Part shown: piece by piece, positions 17,763 to 28,458 of the stretch | Layout of the letters: every line of letters begins with the position of its first letter | Position numbering within the stretch: position 1 is the first letter of the stretch | The notes under the pieces: generated by a model | Told to the model about the DNA's origin: nothing | What the model saw: the letters and a program-made list of their open reading frames with translations, nothing else | Database searches by the model: none | Origin: an uncultured Oscillibacter sp. | GTDB lineage: Bacteria; Bacillota; Clostridia; Oscillospirales; Oscillospiraceae | DNA: 64,000 nucleotides | Assembly: GCA_910585245.1 (NCBI GenBank) | Contig: CAJUCO010000008.1 | Location: 3,410 to 67,409 of the forward strand | Reading direction: 5' to 3' | Made by a program: the position numbers and the translations under genes

Positions 17763-18863
17763 TCAGCCCCCATACCAGGCCGGCGGCTGATCGTGGGTTT
17801 CGTACCACTGGTCCCAGAAGTCCTGATCCCAGAGGGCGTCGTAGTCGTAGTGTACCACAAACTCCCGCCACTCCGCTAGAGTCTTTTTCACATCTTCTGC
17901 CCGCAGCAGAAATTTTTCGGCGCAGACATTCCCCAGCACCCACTTCCCGGCCTCGCCGGAGTGGTGGACATAGTCGCAGTAGTTGTTCAGCTCCGTCACC
18001 ATGTCTCTGGCGAAGAGGGGGGCATGGAGCCGGACGTTAGGATACGCTGTCAGCGTGTCGCAGGCCAGTTCCAGGGCCTTGAGGCGGGCGTCCAGGTCCC
18101 CCCGGCGGAGGCTGCGGTCCCAGAACAGGATGCTGTAGGGGGAGAAAAAGATTTCAAACTTCGTCTCCGGGTGGTCCCGAAACCAGTCCTCCATGACCGC
18201 CAGATTTTCCCGGGTAAATTGCAGGTAGGCGTCCTCCGGCGTCTGCTCCTCCGCCACCGGGGGGCGGTCATAGGTCCGCAGGGCTTCGTACCGCCCCCAG
18301 AGGGAGGTCTGGTCCCAGGTGAAGCCCTCGTCCAGGGTCTGCCCGCCGCCCTGGCGGCTGGTCTGCAGGGCGTAGAGGCTGTAGTAGAGGGAGTCCTTGT
18401 TCAAAAGATACTTCACGTCGTCCAGGGGATTGCGGTTATAGAGGTACTCCGGCATGGCGTCCGTCACGCCCCGGCCGTCCCGAATGAGGGTGTTTAAATC
18501 CAGGGCGAAGAGAACCCGCTTGGGCGGATTTTTCCGGAAGAGCAAATCCACCACCTGGTCGAACTCGGAGAAGTACCCGTCGGGAATGGTAATCCGCAGG
18601 CCGGGGCCGTGGTAAAATTCCTGGATCCAGCTGGAGCGGTAGTTGGCGGCCATGGAGGTGCCCAGGAGGACGGTTTCCGCCGGGACGTTTTTCGCCATGC
18701 CCGCAGCCTGATACCGCTCATTGAAAAAGGCGGGGAGGCGGTCCTCCGGCATCCGGTAGTAAAGGCAGGGGTCCACGGTGTACACAATCCCGCCGCACAG
18801 GGCCAGGGCCGCCAGCAACGCCGCCAAAAAGCGGCGGGCCCAGCGCTCATAAATCTTGTTCAT
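17763..18863 (-). CDS. membrane-anchored SGNH-like partner of the MBOAT
   Basis: N-terminal TM, LLGTSM motif, C-terminal DYVH (DxxH); directly downstream of the MBOAT. Confidence 0.65.
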   Translation of the reverse strand: MNKIYERWARRFLAALLAALALCGGIVYTVDPCLYYRMPEDRLPAFFNERYQAAGMAKNVPAETVLLGTSMAANYRSSWIQEFYHGPGLRITIPDGYFSEFDQVVDLLFRKNPPKRVLFALDLNTLIRDGRGVTDAMPEYLYNRNPLDDVKYLLNKDSLYYSLYALQTSRQGGGQTLDEGFTWDQTSLWGRYEALRTYDRPPVAEEQTPEDAYLQFTRENLAVMEDWFRDHPETKFEIFFSPYSILFWDRSLRRGDLDARLKALELACDTLTAYPNVRLHAPLFARDMVTELNNYCDYVHHSGEAGKWVLGNVCAEKFLLRAEDVKKTLAEWREFVVHYDYDALWDQDFWDQWYETHDQPPAWYGG

Positions 18864-18872
18864 GATTCGGCC

Positions 18873-20348
18873 TCAGAAATTGGAATAGATGAAGGTGGTC
18901 ACCCCGGTGAAGGACAGCACGGACCAGGCCGCAAGCAAAGCCAGGACCGCCGCCCGCCCAAAGGAGGGCTTAAAGTTGTCCATCTGCCCCACGGCGTTCC
19001 GGGGCCACAGCGCCGTTAACATGGCGGCGGCGAAGAGCCCATAGGTCAGGGCCGGGGCCGTCCAGGCCCGGAGGGCGGGGAACACCATGCCAAAGGCTTC
19101 CGCCTCCTTGGCGAAGACGTCCGCCATCAGCCACTCCGCCGGGGGGCGGAAGTCGGCGGTGACGGCGGTTTTCAGCAGCGTCAGCGCCTGAGAGGCGCCG
19201 GGGGCCCGGAAGAAGACCCAGGCGGCGTTGACAAAGGCGAAGGTCACGGCCCAGCGCAGGAGCTTGGGAAGCCTCTCCCGGCCCGAGCCCCAAACCCGCT
19301 CCAGGATCTGGCCCAGGCCGTGGAGTCCGCCCCAGATCAGGAAGGTCCACCCCGCCCCGTGCCAGAGGCCGCTGACCAGGAAGACCGCCAAAATATTGAG
19401 ATAGGTCCGACCGCTTCCCCGTTTGCTCCCCCCCAGGGGGAAGTAGAGGCACTCCCGGAGAAAGGAGGTCAGAGTGATATGCCACCGCTTCCAAAATTCC
19501 CCCACGGACAAACTCCGGTAGGGGGAGTCGAAGTTCACCGGCAGGCGGAGGCCCAAAAGCCGCCCCGCCCCGGCGGCAATGTCGCAGTAGCCGGAGAAGT
19601 CAAAATACAATTGCAGGGTGTACCCCAGAATCACCAACCAGGCGGCGGGGGCGGAGAGCTGGTCCAGGTGGGCCCAGCCGCTGTTCACCACAGCCCCCAG
19701 GTTGTCCGCCAGCAGCACCTTTTTCGCCATGCCGGCGGCGATGGCATACAGGCCGGCGGCAAAGTCCCGGCCGTCGGGGCGGAGGAACTTCTCCCCGTGG
19801 AGTTGAGGGAAAAAGGCCTGGGGCTTTAAAATCGGACCGGAGACCACGGAGGGGAAGAAGAAGGCGTAGAGGGGCAGGTCCTCCTGCTCCGGGCGGAAGC
19901 CGCCGGTATAGGCCTCCTTCAACAGCCACAGCTGCTGGAAGGTGAAAAAGCTGAGGCCCAGGGGGGCCCAGCCGACGGACAAACGGCCCCCGGTGACAAA
20001 GCCGGTGTACTTGAAGAGCGCCAGCACGCCGGTGTGCCAGACCATCGCCAAATAGAGACAGCGGCGGCGCTGGGCGGCGGTCCGGGGATAGGCGCAGGCG
20101 GTGGGGCCGTCGTTCCCCGCTTGGGTGCGGATATCCGGCGCGGTGAGATACCGCACGGCGGCAACGGACACCGAAAGCCCCATGACCAGCACCAGCAGCG
20201 CGGCCCAGCCGCCTCCGACGATATAGAAAATCAGACAGGCCAGGGTCAGGCACTTCGCCGCGATTCGCCGGTTCCACCGGGCCGCGCCCAGGCAGACGGC
20301 GGCGGTGACGGTGAGGAAGGCCAGAAAGCCAAAGGATTGAAAATTCAT
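18873..20348 (-). CDS. MBOAT family O-acyltransferase (AlgI/DltB-like)
   Basis: PLGLSFFTFQ, GPI, QLYFDFSGYCDIA, NFDSPY, FWKRWHITL, SGLWHGA. Confidence 0.92.
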   Translation of the reverse strand: MNFQSFGFLAFLTVTAAVCLGAARWNRRIAAKCLTLACLIFYIVGGGWAALLVLVMGLSVSVAAVRYLTAPDIRTQAGNDGPTACAYPRTAAQRRRCLYLAMVWHTGVLALFKYTGFVTGGRLSVGWAPLGLSFFTFQQLWLLKEAYTGGFRPEQEDLPLYAFFFPSVVSGPILKPQAFFPQLHGEKFLRPDGRDFAAGLYAIAAGMAKKVLLADNLGAVVNSGWAHLDQLSAPAAWLVILGYTLQLYFDFSGYCDIAAGAGRLLGLRLPVNFDSPYRSLSVGEFWKRWHITLTSFLRECLYFPLGGSKRGSGRTYLNILAVFLVSGLWHGAGWTFLIWGGLHGLGQILERVWGSGRERLPKLLRWAVTFAFVNAAWVFFRAPGASQALTLLKTAVTADFRPPAEWLMADVFAKEAEAFGMVFPALRAWTAPALTYGLFAAAMLTALWPRNAVGQMDNFKPSFGRAAVLALLAAWSVLSFTGVTTFIYSNF

Positions 20349-21031
20349 TTTTCCGGCTGCTTTGAAAGGGCGGTGAGCCGGGCGTCGGCGGTGCTGAGGA
20401 CCTGGGTCAGGCTCTGGCAGCGCCCCGGGTAGGCGGCGTTGATGGCTGGAGAGGAGAGGTCCGGAAACTCCGTCTTCCGGGCCTTAAGGTTTCGAAGGGC
20501 TGCGGCGTACCGGGACTCGGAGAGTTTCTGGTCCGCGTCGGACAGACCCAGGGTGCAGGTGGCCGGGTCCAGGGCGAAGTAGCCCTCGTTGGCTCCGGCG
20601 GCGCGGTAGAGGTGCCGGTAGAGCTGGTAGACGGCGCTGCCGAGGTATGCGGCGGCGGCGTTGATGGCGGCCTTGTCCCCCAACTTGCCAAGAAGCTCAA
20701 AGAGAACCCCCAGCGCGCCGGAGAGGAGCTTGCTCTGGAGGGTGGCCAGAACGCTGCCCCGGAGGTTGCTCCTGGGCTCCGCGGCGTCCAGAATGTCCTG
20801 CTCTGTGAGCATATTGCCCTCCCGGGAGAGGGTGCGGCCCAGAATGAAGTCGGCGGAGACGCCGTAATAATCGCAGGCCCGGACCACGAAGCGGAGGCCC
20901 GGCTCTCGGATGCCGTTTTCATAGTGGGAGAGAAGGGCCTGGGAGATGCCCAGCTCCCCGGCGGCGACGCGCTGGCTGACGCCCTTTTCCTGGCGCAGCA
21001 GGGACAGCGTGCGGGAAAACTCTGAACTCAT
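20345..21031 (-). CDS. XRE-family HTH transcriptional regulator
   Basis: LRQEKGVSQRVAAGELGISQALLSHYENGIREP. Confidence 0.85.
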   Translation of the reverse strand: MSSEFSRTLSLLRQEKGVSQRVAAGELGISQALLSHYENGIREPGLRFVVRACDYYGVSADFILGRTLSREGNMLTEQDILDAAEPRSNLRGSVLATLQSKLLSGALGVLFELLGKLGDKAAINAAAAYLGSAVYQLYRHLYRAAGANEGYFALDPATCTLGLSDADQKLSESRYAAALRNLKARKTEFPDLSSPAINAAYPGRCQSLTQVLSTADARLTALSKQPEK

Positions 21032-21294
21032 AAGTGCAGACTCCTTTTGTTTGTTCTTAGAACCTGTATACATGGCGAGACAGCGTTCAAGGGCCGCGCG
21101 CACAGGCTGGTAATTACGCACCGTATAGTTTACCAAACGGGTTACGTGATGTAAAGAATTTTTTTCAGAAAACCGGGGGGTGCGAAATGTATAAAATACA
21201 GGGCGGCTGAAGTAAGACAGCCGCCCTGCGTTTGACCATATAAAAATTCCAGTTCAAGATTTATGTTGCGAACCGCCGTGAAGCAAAAGCGTTT

Positions 21295-21933
21295 TCAAAG
21301 AGGCGCCGGACGGGTTTTTCTTACCGCATATCGCAAAATGGTTTTGAGCTTGCTTTTTTCCACTCTGCCGGGGTTGTTCAAATAGATTTCCCGGTGAAAG
21401 CGTTTGCTCCGTTCCAGATGGTGTTTCTCCGCAAATTGATCCATTTTCAAAAAAGAAACGGGCTCGTCATCAAACGCCCCGATATGCAGAATCTCGATAC
21501 AGCTCCCGTCCTCCATGGTGGCAAAGCGGATTTCCGCATACAATGGGTTCGGCTTTTTCTTTTTTACCGCTTCCATTGCCTTACATACCATGCCTTCGGT
21601 CACAAAATTTGGTTGGCGTATCATGATGGTGTATTCCAGTTCTTCTTTTACAAGATCGCCGTCCCGCTGTTGTGTCCATACCCCCTCCAGGGGATAGACG
21701 GTAAAATCAGACACTTCTTTTGAGTCTCCTGCGGCGGTTGCGGCGGCCTTGTATCCCATTTTTATGGCATAAGCGAGGGAGTACAGTGCGGCGACTCTGC
21801 TTGAAAAATCCGCATCGTTCGGGTTTCCCTTTCCGTTTATCATGATGTAGCTCTGCATAGGCATGGTAACCAAGGCGGGGGTTGTCGTTGCGCGGTAAAA
21901 TTCTTTCTCCTGCTTTTTCCATTCGTATTTCAT
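21295..21933 (-). CDS. GyrI-like small-molecule binding protein
   Basis: GKGNPND, VYPLEGVW, MIRQP, HIGAFDDE, HREIYL...LKTILRY; AT-richer than its flanks. Confidence 0.85.
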   Translation of the reverse strand: MKYEWKKQEKEFYRATTTPALVTMPMQSYIMINGKGNPNDADFSSRVAALYSLAYAIKMGYKAAATAAGDSKEVSDFTVYPLEGVWTQQRDGDLVKEELEYTIMIRQPNFVTEGMVCKAMEAVKKKKPNPLYAEIRFATMEDGSCIEILHIGAFDDEPVSFLKMDQFAEKHHLERSKRFHREIYLNNPGRVEKSKLKTILRYAVRKTRPAPL

Positions 21934-21970
21934 ACAAACGCCTCCTTTACAAACCTATCATACGGGAGGT

Positions 21971-21993
21971 AACTTGACAACCCATGTCAGGTT
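21971..21993. promoter_or_regulatory. palindromic operator upstream of the GyrI-like gene
   Basis: AACTTGACA-ACCCA-TGTCAGGTT; minus-strand TATGAT at ~21962-21957. Confidence 0.55.
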
Positions 21994-22198
21994 ATCGTGT
22001 TTCTTTGAAATACGTTTTGCCGGGTTCCCCGGCCGGATGTTGTGGAAAGCCGTATATTTCGTGAGAGTTTTGGTGAAATTGCCGGGGTTATCCCCCGGCA
22101 AGATCTGTTTTAAAAGGGAGGATGCAAAATCCCCCTTGTAAAAACGCCGGAGATGGTGTATGATAAATTCGATTTTGGAACATTAGGAGGAAGCTGCT

Positions 22199-22384
22199 AT
22201 GAGCAAAACCGCGAGCATGGTCATGAAGATCATCGGCGCCAGTCTGGCCTTCGCCGCCTTCGTCTGCCTGTTAATTGGCGGCTGGCACGACCTCAGCGTG
22301 GGGTACTGCGGCATGAAAAAGCGTCTGAGTCAGAGGTTCAGCTCCGAATACGACGACTACGCCGACGAAGAACTGTACGAATAA
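22199..22384 (+). CDS. 61-aa single-TM protein with acidic tail
   Basis: AGGAGG RBS, own promoter TTGTAA(22136)-17-TATGAT(22159), terminator at ~22401-22432. Confidence 0.7.
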   Translation: MSKTASMVMKIIGASLAFAAFVCLLIGGWHDLSVGYCGMKKRLSQRFSSEYDDYADEELYE

Positions 22385-22504
22385 GAACTTGTATTCACAG
22401 CCGCCCCGGCTCTCCGGGGCGGAGATTTTTTTACTACGCCCGGTTGACAAAGCCGGCGTTTTCCGATATCATACCGTGTTGAGAAAATGGAGAGGAGGGC
22501 GTTT

Positions 22505-23842
22505 ATGCGTCTGCTGCTGACCGGCGGAACCGTCTTTCGTGACGGGGGTTTCCAACCCCTGGAAGTTGCCGTTTTTGAAGGGCGTATTGTTTCCGTTTCC
22601 CCCAGCCTTCCCCGAGAGGGCGCGGCCGTTGTCGAATTGAATCATTTCCTCTTGGTCCCAGGTTTCGTTGATGTGCACGTCCATCTTCGAGAGCCTGGAT
22701 TTTCTTATAAGGAGACCGTCGCCTCCGGCACTGCTGCTGCGGCGGCGGGGGGGTATACCGCCCTGTGCGCCATGCCGAATGTAAAGCCGGTGCCCGACGG
22801 ACTGGAGAGCCTTGGGATGGAGTTGGAGGCAATCAAACGAGACGCCGCCGTCCGCGTCTACCCCTACGGGGCCATCACCCGGGGGGAACAGGGAGAGGTC
22901 CTGGCGGATATGGAGGCTCTGGCCCCCCACGTCCCCGGCTTTTCCGACGACGGCCGGGGCGTCCAGTCGGAGGAGATGATGCGCCGGGCCATGGTCCGCG
23001 CCAAAAAACTGGACAGGCCCATTGTGGCCCACTGCGAGGACGAGTCCCTGCTGGCCAAGGGCTGGTGCGTCCACGACGGGGTCTTCGCCAGGGCCCACGG
23101 CCTTCCCGGAAACGACCCCGCCAGCGAGTGGCGGCAGGTGGAGCGGGACATCCGGCTGGTTCGGGAGACGGGGTGCCGCTATCACATTTGCCATATCTCC
23201 ACCAAGGAGAGCGTGGCCCTGGTCCGGGAGGCAAAAAGGGAGGGCCTTCCCGTCACCTGTGAGACCGGACCCCACTACCTTTGCCTGTGTGACGAAGACC
23301 TGGAGGACGACGGGTGTTTTAAAATGAATCCCCCTATTCGCTCCGCCGCCGACCGGGACGCGTTGGTTGCGGGATTGCTGGACGGGACCGTGGACTGCAT
23401 CGCCACGGACCACGCCCCCCACGCGGCGGCGGAGAAGGCCAAGGGCCTCCGGGGCAGTCTGAACGGCGTGGTTGGACTGGAGTGCGCCTTCCCGGTACTG
23501 TATACGGAGCTGGTGAAAACCGGAAAGGTCCCCCTGGAAACCATTCTAAACGCCCTGTGCGTCAATCCCCGGAGAATTTTCGACCTTCCCGGCGGAAAAA
23601 TTGAGGAGGGCCAACCGGCAGATCTGACAGTGCTGGATCTGGACCACGTGGGCACGGTGGACCCGGCGGGCTTCCGCTCCCTGGGCCGGGCCACGCCCTT
23701 TGCGGGAAGACGGGTGGAGGCTGCCGTTTCCATGACCTTTGTGGACGGGAGCATCGTCTTCCCGGAGGGCTTGGAGCCGTCCGTAAATGGAGCTGTTGGA
23801 ATCGTCCGGGGCTATGACCGCCGGTCAGGAGGGGAGCTATGA
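22505..23842 (+). CDS. pyrC: dihydroorotase
   Basis: DVHVHLREPG, HCED, HICHIST, KMNPP, TDHAPH; promoter TTGACA(22444)-17-TATCAT. Confidence 0.95.
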   Translation: MRLLLTGGTVFRDGGFQPLEVAVFEGRIVSVSPSLPREGAAVVELNHFLLVPGFVDVHVHLREPGFSYKETVASGTAAAAAGGYTALCAMPNVKPVPDGLESLGMELEAIKRDAAVRVYPYGAITRGEQGEVLADMEALAPHVPGFSDDGRGVQSEEMMRRAMVRAKKLDRPIVAHCEDESLLAKGWCVHDGVFARAHGLPGNDPASEWRQVERDIRLVRETGCRYHICHISTKESVALVREAKREGLPVTCETGPHYLCLCDEDLEDDGCFKMNPPIRSAADRDALVAGLLDGTVDCIATDHAPHAAAEKAKGLRGSLNGVVGLECAFPVLYTELVKTGKVPLETILNALCVNPRRIFDLPGGKIEEGQPADLTVLDLDHVGTVDPAGFRSLGRATPFAGRRVEAAVSMTFVDGSIVFPEGLEPSVNGAVGIVRGYDRRSGGEL

Positions 23843-24579
23843 AGAAATCCGTGTTTACCCTGGAACGTACCCGGCCGTTGACCGGAGACGTGTGGGAGCT
23901 GGTTCTGACGGGGGATACCTCCGCCATCACCGCCCCGGGGCAGTTCGTGAACCTGGAGCTGCCCGGTAAATTCCTCCGCCGCCCCATCTCCGTCTGCGAC
24001 TGGGAGGAGGGGAGGCTGACCCTTTTGGTGAAAGAGGCGGGAGAGGGCACCAAGGAGCTGGTGCGCCTTGGTGCAGGAACGGCGCTGAACACCCTGTCCG
24101 GCCTGGGCAACGGTTTTGACTTCGATCCAAAAACCGTGGGGTCCGCCCCGGTTTTGGTGGGCGGCGGCATCGGCGCCGCCCCGCTGTACGGCCTTGCCGG
24201 ACGCATGAAGGCGGCGGGGCAGAGGCCCGCCGTGGTTCTGGGCTTCCGCTCGAAGGCCGACGCCTTTTACTTAGAGGAGTTCGCCGCCCTGGGCCTGGAG
24301 GTCCATGCCGCCACGGAGGACGCAAGCCTGGGGACCCGGGGCTTTGTGACGGATGTGCTGGAGTCCCTTCCGGAGTGCCGGTATGTTTTGGCCTGCGGTC
24401 CTACGGCGATGCTCAAGGCGGTCCACAGCCTGCCCCAGGCCGGCGGCCAGTTCAGCTTTGAGGCCCGGATGGCCTGCGGCTTCGGAGCCTGTGTGGGCTG
24501 CACCATAAAGACAAAGAAGGGCCTCCGGCGGGTGTGCAAGGACGGGCCCATATTCCACAAGGAGGACATTTTATGGTAG
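23839..24579 (+). CDS. pyrK: dihydroorotate dehydrogenase electron transfer subunit
   Basis: RRPIS, GGGIG, CGP, MACGFGACVGC, VCKDGP. Confidence 0.93.
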   Translation: MKKSVFTLERTRPLTGDVWELVLTGDTSAITAPGQFVNLELPGKFLRRPISVCDWEEGRLTLLVKEAGEGTKELVRLGAGTALNTLSGLGNGFDFDPKTVGSAPVLVGGGIGAAPLYGLAGRMKAAGQRPAVVLGFRSKADAFYLEEFAALGLEVHAATEDASLGTRGFVTDVLESLPECRYVLACGPTAMLKAVHSLPQAGGQFSFEARMACGFGACVGCTIKTKKGLRRVCKDGPIFHKEDILW

Positions 24580-25490
24580 ACCTGTCCGTCACTCTGGCAG
24601 GCGTGACACTGAAAAACCCCATTATCCCCGCCTCGGGAACCTTCGGCTATGGCCGGGAGTTCGCGGAAGTTTATGACCTGGACATCCTGGGCTCCTTTTC
24701 CTGGAAGGGTACCACCCGGGACCCCCGCCCCGGCAACCTTCAGCCCCGGATCGCCGAGACGGACGCCGGGATGCTGAACGCCGTGGGCCTGCAAAATCCG
24801 GGGATGGAAGCGGTCCTCCGGGAGGAGGTCCCCTACATCGCCAAGATTTTCCACGGCCCGGTGATTGCCAACGTCTGCGGATTCTCTCTGGAGGAGTACG
24901 CGGAGAACTGCCAAAAGCTTGACGGCGTGGAACAGGTCAAAATTCTGGAGGTCAACATCTCCTGCCCCAACGTCCACGCCGGGGGGACGAACTTCGGCTC
25001 CGCGCCCCAGAGCGCCGCCGCCGTCACCCGGGCCGCCCGGCGGGCCACGAAAAAGCCCCTCTTTTTAAAGCTCAGCCCCAACGTGACGGACATCGCGGAA
25101 ATCGCCCGGGCCTGCGAGGCAGAGGGGGCCGACGGCCTGTGCCTGATCAACACCCTGCTTGGTATGCGCATTGACCTGAATACCAAGCGGCCTCTGCTTC
25201 AAAACCGCACCGGGGGACTCTCCGGCCCTGCCGTATTCCCGGTGGCCCTTCGGATGGTGTGGGACGTATACGAGGCGGTGAAGCTGCCCGTCATCGGCTG
25301 CGGCGGTGTGAGCTCCGCAGAGGACGCCGCCGAGATGATGCTGGCCGGAGCCTCCGCCGTGGAGGTGGGGGCGGCGAACCTGCGGGACCCCTGGGCCTGC
25401 AAGACCATGATTGAAAACCTGCCCGGTGTGTGCGCACGCCTGGGTGTGGAGAATATTTCTGATTTGACAGGAGGAGCCCATCATGGCTAA
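24573..25490 (+). CDS. pyrD: dihydroorotate dehydrogenase family 1B
   Basis: [33 protein letters not shown]. Confidence 0.95.
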   Translation: MVDLSVTLAGVTLKNPIIPASGTFGYGREFAEVYDLDILGSFSWKGTTRDPRPGNLQPRIAETDAGMLNAVGLQNPGMEAVLREEVPYIAKIFHGPVIANVCGFSLEEYAENCQKLDGVEQVKILEVNISCPNVHAGGTNFGSAPQSAAAVTRAARRATKKPLFLKLSPNVTDIAEIARACEAEGADGLCLINTLLGMRIDLNTKRPLLQNRTGGLSGPAVFPVALRMVWDVYEAVKLPVIGCGGVSSAEDAAEMMLAGASAVEVGAANLRDPWACKTMIENLPGVCARLGVENISDLTGGAHHG

Positions 25491-26187
25491 GGACGTGATC
25501 ATCGCGCTGGACTTCCCCGCGCGGGAGGAGACTCTGACCTTTCTGGACCGGTTCCCCGCCGGGGAGGAAAAACCCTTTGTGAAGATCGGCATGGAGCTTT
25601 TCTACGCCCAGGGGCCCTCCATTGTCCGGGAGATCAAGGCCCGGGGCCACAGGATTTTTCTGGACCTGAAGCTCCACGACATCCCAAACACCGTGAAGCG
25701 GGCCATGGCGGCCCTCTCCGGGCTGGATGTGGACATGGTGAACCTCCACGCCGCCGGGACCTCCGCTATGATGAAGGCTGCCCTGGAGGGCCTGACCCGG
25801 CCCGACGGCACGCGGCCCCTGCTCATCGCCGTCACCCAGCTGACCTCCACGGACGCCGCAGCCCTGAAAGACGAGTTGCTGATTGAAACCCCCATGGTGG
25901 AGACCGTCCTGGCCTATGCCAAAAACGCCGCCGCCAGCGGTCTGGACGGCGTGGTCTGCTCTCCGCTGGAGGCGGCCCTGGTAAAAGAGTGCTGTGGAGC
26001 GGGCTTTTGCACCGTCACCCCCGGCGTCCGCTTCGCAGGAGGGGACGTCGGAGACCAGAAACGGGTGATGACGCCGGAGGATGCCGGGAAAAACGGCTGT
26101 GATTACATTGTCATGGGCCGGCCCATTACGAAGGACGCGGACCCGGTGGAGGCTTACCGCCGGGCGGTCCGGGAGTTCCGGGGATGA
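25483..26187 (+). CDS. pyrF: orotidine-5'-phosphate decarboxylase
   Basis: [33 protein letters not shown]. Confidence 0.96.
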   Translation: MAKDVIIALDFPAREETLTFLDRFPAGEEKPFVKIGMELFYAQGPSIVREIKARGHRIFLDLKLHDIPNTVKRAMAALSGLDVDMVNLHAAGTSAMMKAALEGLTRPDGTRPLLIAVTQLTSTDAAALKDELLIETPMVETVLAYAKNAAASGLDGVVCSPLEAALVKECCGAGFCTVTPGVRFAGGDVGDQKRVMTPEDAGKNGCDYIVMGRPITKDADPVEAYRRAVREFRG

Positions 26188-26305
26188 CGCCGGAGACCTT
26201 CGAGACCATGAAGCCTTTGGTTTAAGAGGGCTATGAATACGCCAGGGAGAAGTTCGCCGGACGAGGAGGGCGGCCTTCTCCCCTACATGAGAAAGGAGTC
26301 CCCAT

Positions 26306-26968
26306 ATGACCCGTGAACAGACCATCGCCCACGACCTTCTATCCATTGGAGCGGTGTTCCTCCGCCCGGATGAGCCCTTTACCTGGGCCAGCGGCATCAA
26401 AAGCCCCATCTACTGCGACAACCGCCTGACCCTCACCGCCCCGGAGGTCCGGACTCACGTGGAGGAGGGCCTGGTGGACCTTATCTGCAAGCATTATCCC
26501 AATGCGGAGGTTCTCATGGGCACCTCCACCGCCGGCATCGCCCACGCCGCCATCGTGGGCCACCTCATGGGCCTGCCCATGGGCTATGTCCGCTCTAGCG
26601 GCAAGGACCACGGGCGGCAAAACCGCATCGAGGGGAAGCTGGAGCCCGGAGCCCGGGTGGTGGTGGTAGAGGACCTCATCTCCACCGCCGGAAGCTGCAT
26701 CGACGTGGTGGAGGCCCTCCGGGAGGCCGGGGCGGAGGTGCTGGGCGTTGTGTCCATCTTCACCTACGGACTCCAAAAGGGCCTGGACCGGCTGGCGGCG
26801 GCGAATGTGACAAATTATAGCCTGTCTAACTTTGACGCGGTGTGCGACATCGCGGCGGCGGAAGGGAAAATCCGGACGGAGGACATTGTGCGGCTGAAAA
26901 CATTCCGGGAGAATCCTTCCGATGAGAGTTGGATTTCGTCCTTGCGGACGGGGGAGATTCGGCCATGA
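26306..26968 (+). CDS. pyrE: orotate phosphoribosyltransferase
   Basis: WASGIKSPIYCDNR, KDHG, VVEDLISTAGS. Confidence 0.96.
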   Translation: MTREQTIAHDLLSIGAVFLRPDEPFTWASGIKSPIYCDNRLTLTAPEVRTHVEEGLVDLICKHYPNAEVLMGTSTAGIAHAAIVGHLMGLPMGYVRSSGKDHGRQNRIEGKLEPGARVVVVEDLISTAGSCIDVVEALREAGAEVLGVVSIFTYGLQKGLDRLAAANVTNYSLSNFDAVCDIAAAEGKIRTEDIVRLKTFRENPSDESWISSLRTGEIRP

Positions 26969-26974
26969 TGATGG

Positions 26975-27490
26975 CTGGTGCAATGCGCCCCCCATTTTCT
27001 CTTTTTCTTCCAGAAGAAAAAACAGAGGGGCCCCCGCAAAATCCTCAGATTTTGTGGGGAGAGGAGGAAGGAACGGAGCAGAGCGGAGTCCTCGCCGTCA
27101 GGTGGGGACGGAGTGGACGGAGTTTCTTCCGACGACGGGCCGTGCACGGTCCACTGGGCGGTTCTTAATGGCTTTGCCATTTAGAGCCGCTGAGTCCCCC
27201 TTGCGGGGAAAAGAGAAAAAGAAGTAACGGGGGATACGACGGGGGCGCGCCTGAAGTCTGGATGACAAGTACGCATTGACCTGCCCGCAGCGTAGTGCGG
27301 GCGGGGGTTTGTCCCATGACGAATGGACCAGCTGCTCTTTCCGCTGCCGCTGATGCTCCGGAAAACTCTCTTTGTGGGGCCTGACCCCCTGGTCAGGCCA
27401 TTCCTCCGGGCCCACCCTTCTATTGATAGGCCATGTCCCTTGACCGGCCGCCCTGCGGGCGGACCGATATGGTTGCCCCTTCGGCTTTGA
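26975..27490. repeat. composite intergenic repeat region containing a family-A repeat copy (27027-27135)
   Basis: ~550-bp non-coding gap inside the pyr cluster with many hairpins; 27027-27135 matches 17131-17238. Confidence 0.6.
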
Positions 27491-27520
27491 ATTATGTTGT
27501 ATACTCGGAAAGGAGCCTGT

Positions 27521-28441
27521 ATGCCCAGAAACATCATTGACGTCACAGACCTCACCGTGGAGGAAATTGACGGGCTCATCGCCACGGCGGAAGACATCCT
27601 TCAAAATCCCGCGAAATACCAGGACGCCTGCGCCCACAAACAGCTGGCCACCCTGTTCTTTGAACCCTCCACCAGGACCCGCCTCTCCTTTGAGTCCGCC
27701 ATGTTGGCCCTGGGGGGAAGCGTCCTGGGTTTCTCCGAGGCCGCCTCCAGCTCCACCGCCAAGGGGGAGACCGTGGGAGACACGGTTCACACCGTCAGCT
27801 GTTACGCCGACATCATCGCCATGCGCCACCCCAAGGAAGGCGCCCCCTTTGCCGCCGCCCAATTCAGCGAGGTCCCCATCATCAACGCCGGAGACGGCGG
27901 ACACAACCACCCCACCCAGACCCTGACGGACCTTCTTACCATCCACCGGGAGAAGGGACGGCTCAGTGGCTTTACCATCGGCTTTTGCGGGGACTTGAAA
28001 TTTGGCCGGACCGTCCACTCCCTGGTAAACGCCCTGAGCCGGTATAAGGACATTCGCTTTGTGCTCGTTTCCCCCGCGGAATTGAAGCTCCCCCGCTATG
28101 TGAAGGAGGAGGCCCTGAAAAAGCGGGGCATCCCCTACCGGCAGACCGACAGCCTAGACGCTGTGATGTCTGACCTGGACATTCTCTACATGACCCGGGT
28201 GCAAAAGGAGCGGTTTTTCAACGAGGAGGACTACCTCCGCCTGAAAGACAGCTATATCCTTACACCGGAGAAGCTGGAAGACGCCAAGCCGGACCTATCC
28301 ATCCTCCACCCCCTGCCCCGGGTGAACGAGATCGCTGTGGCGGTGGACAAGGACCCCAGGGCCGCTTACTGGAAACAGGTGAAAAACGGCAAGTTCATTC
28401 GCATGGCTCTGATTTTGAAGCTGCTGGACATCCGCGTCTGA
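27521..28441 (+). CDS. pyrB: aspartate carbamoyltransferase catalytic subunit
   Basis: [27 protein letters not shown]. Confidence 0.96.
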   Translation: MPRNIIDVTDLTVEEIDGLIATAEDILQNPAKYQDACAHKQLATLFFEPSTRTRLSFESAMLALGGSVLGFSEAASSSTAKGETVGDTVHTVSCYADIIAMRHPKEGAPFAAAQFSEVPIINAGDGGHNHPTQTLTDLLTIHREKGRLSGFTIGFCGDLKFGRTVHSLVNALSRYKDIRFVLVSPAELKLPRYVKEEALKKRGIPYRQTDSLDAVMSDLDILYMTRVQKERFFNEEDYLRLKDSYILTPEKLEDAKPDLSILHPLPRVNEIAVAVDKDPRAAYWKQVKNGKFIRMALILKLLDIRV

Positions 28442-28458
28442 CGAAAGGGGAGGACTCT

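Noticed and set aside
22444..22504. PyrR attenuator before pyrC
   Set aside because: The leader is too short, no PyrR-binding loop is seen, and there is no pyrR gene in the window.
26184..26305. Mini-[16 protein letters not shown] between pyrF and pyrE
   Set aside because: Only 13 codons, with no supporting features.
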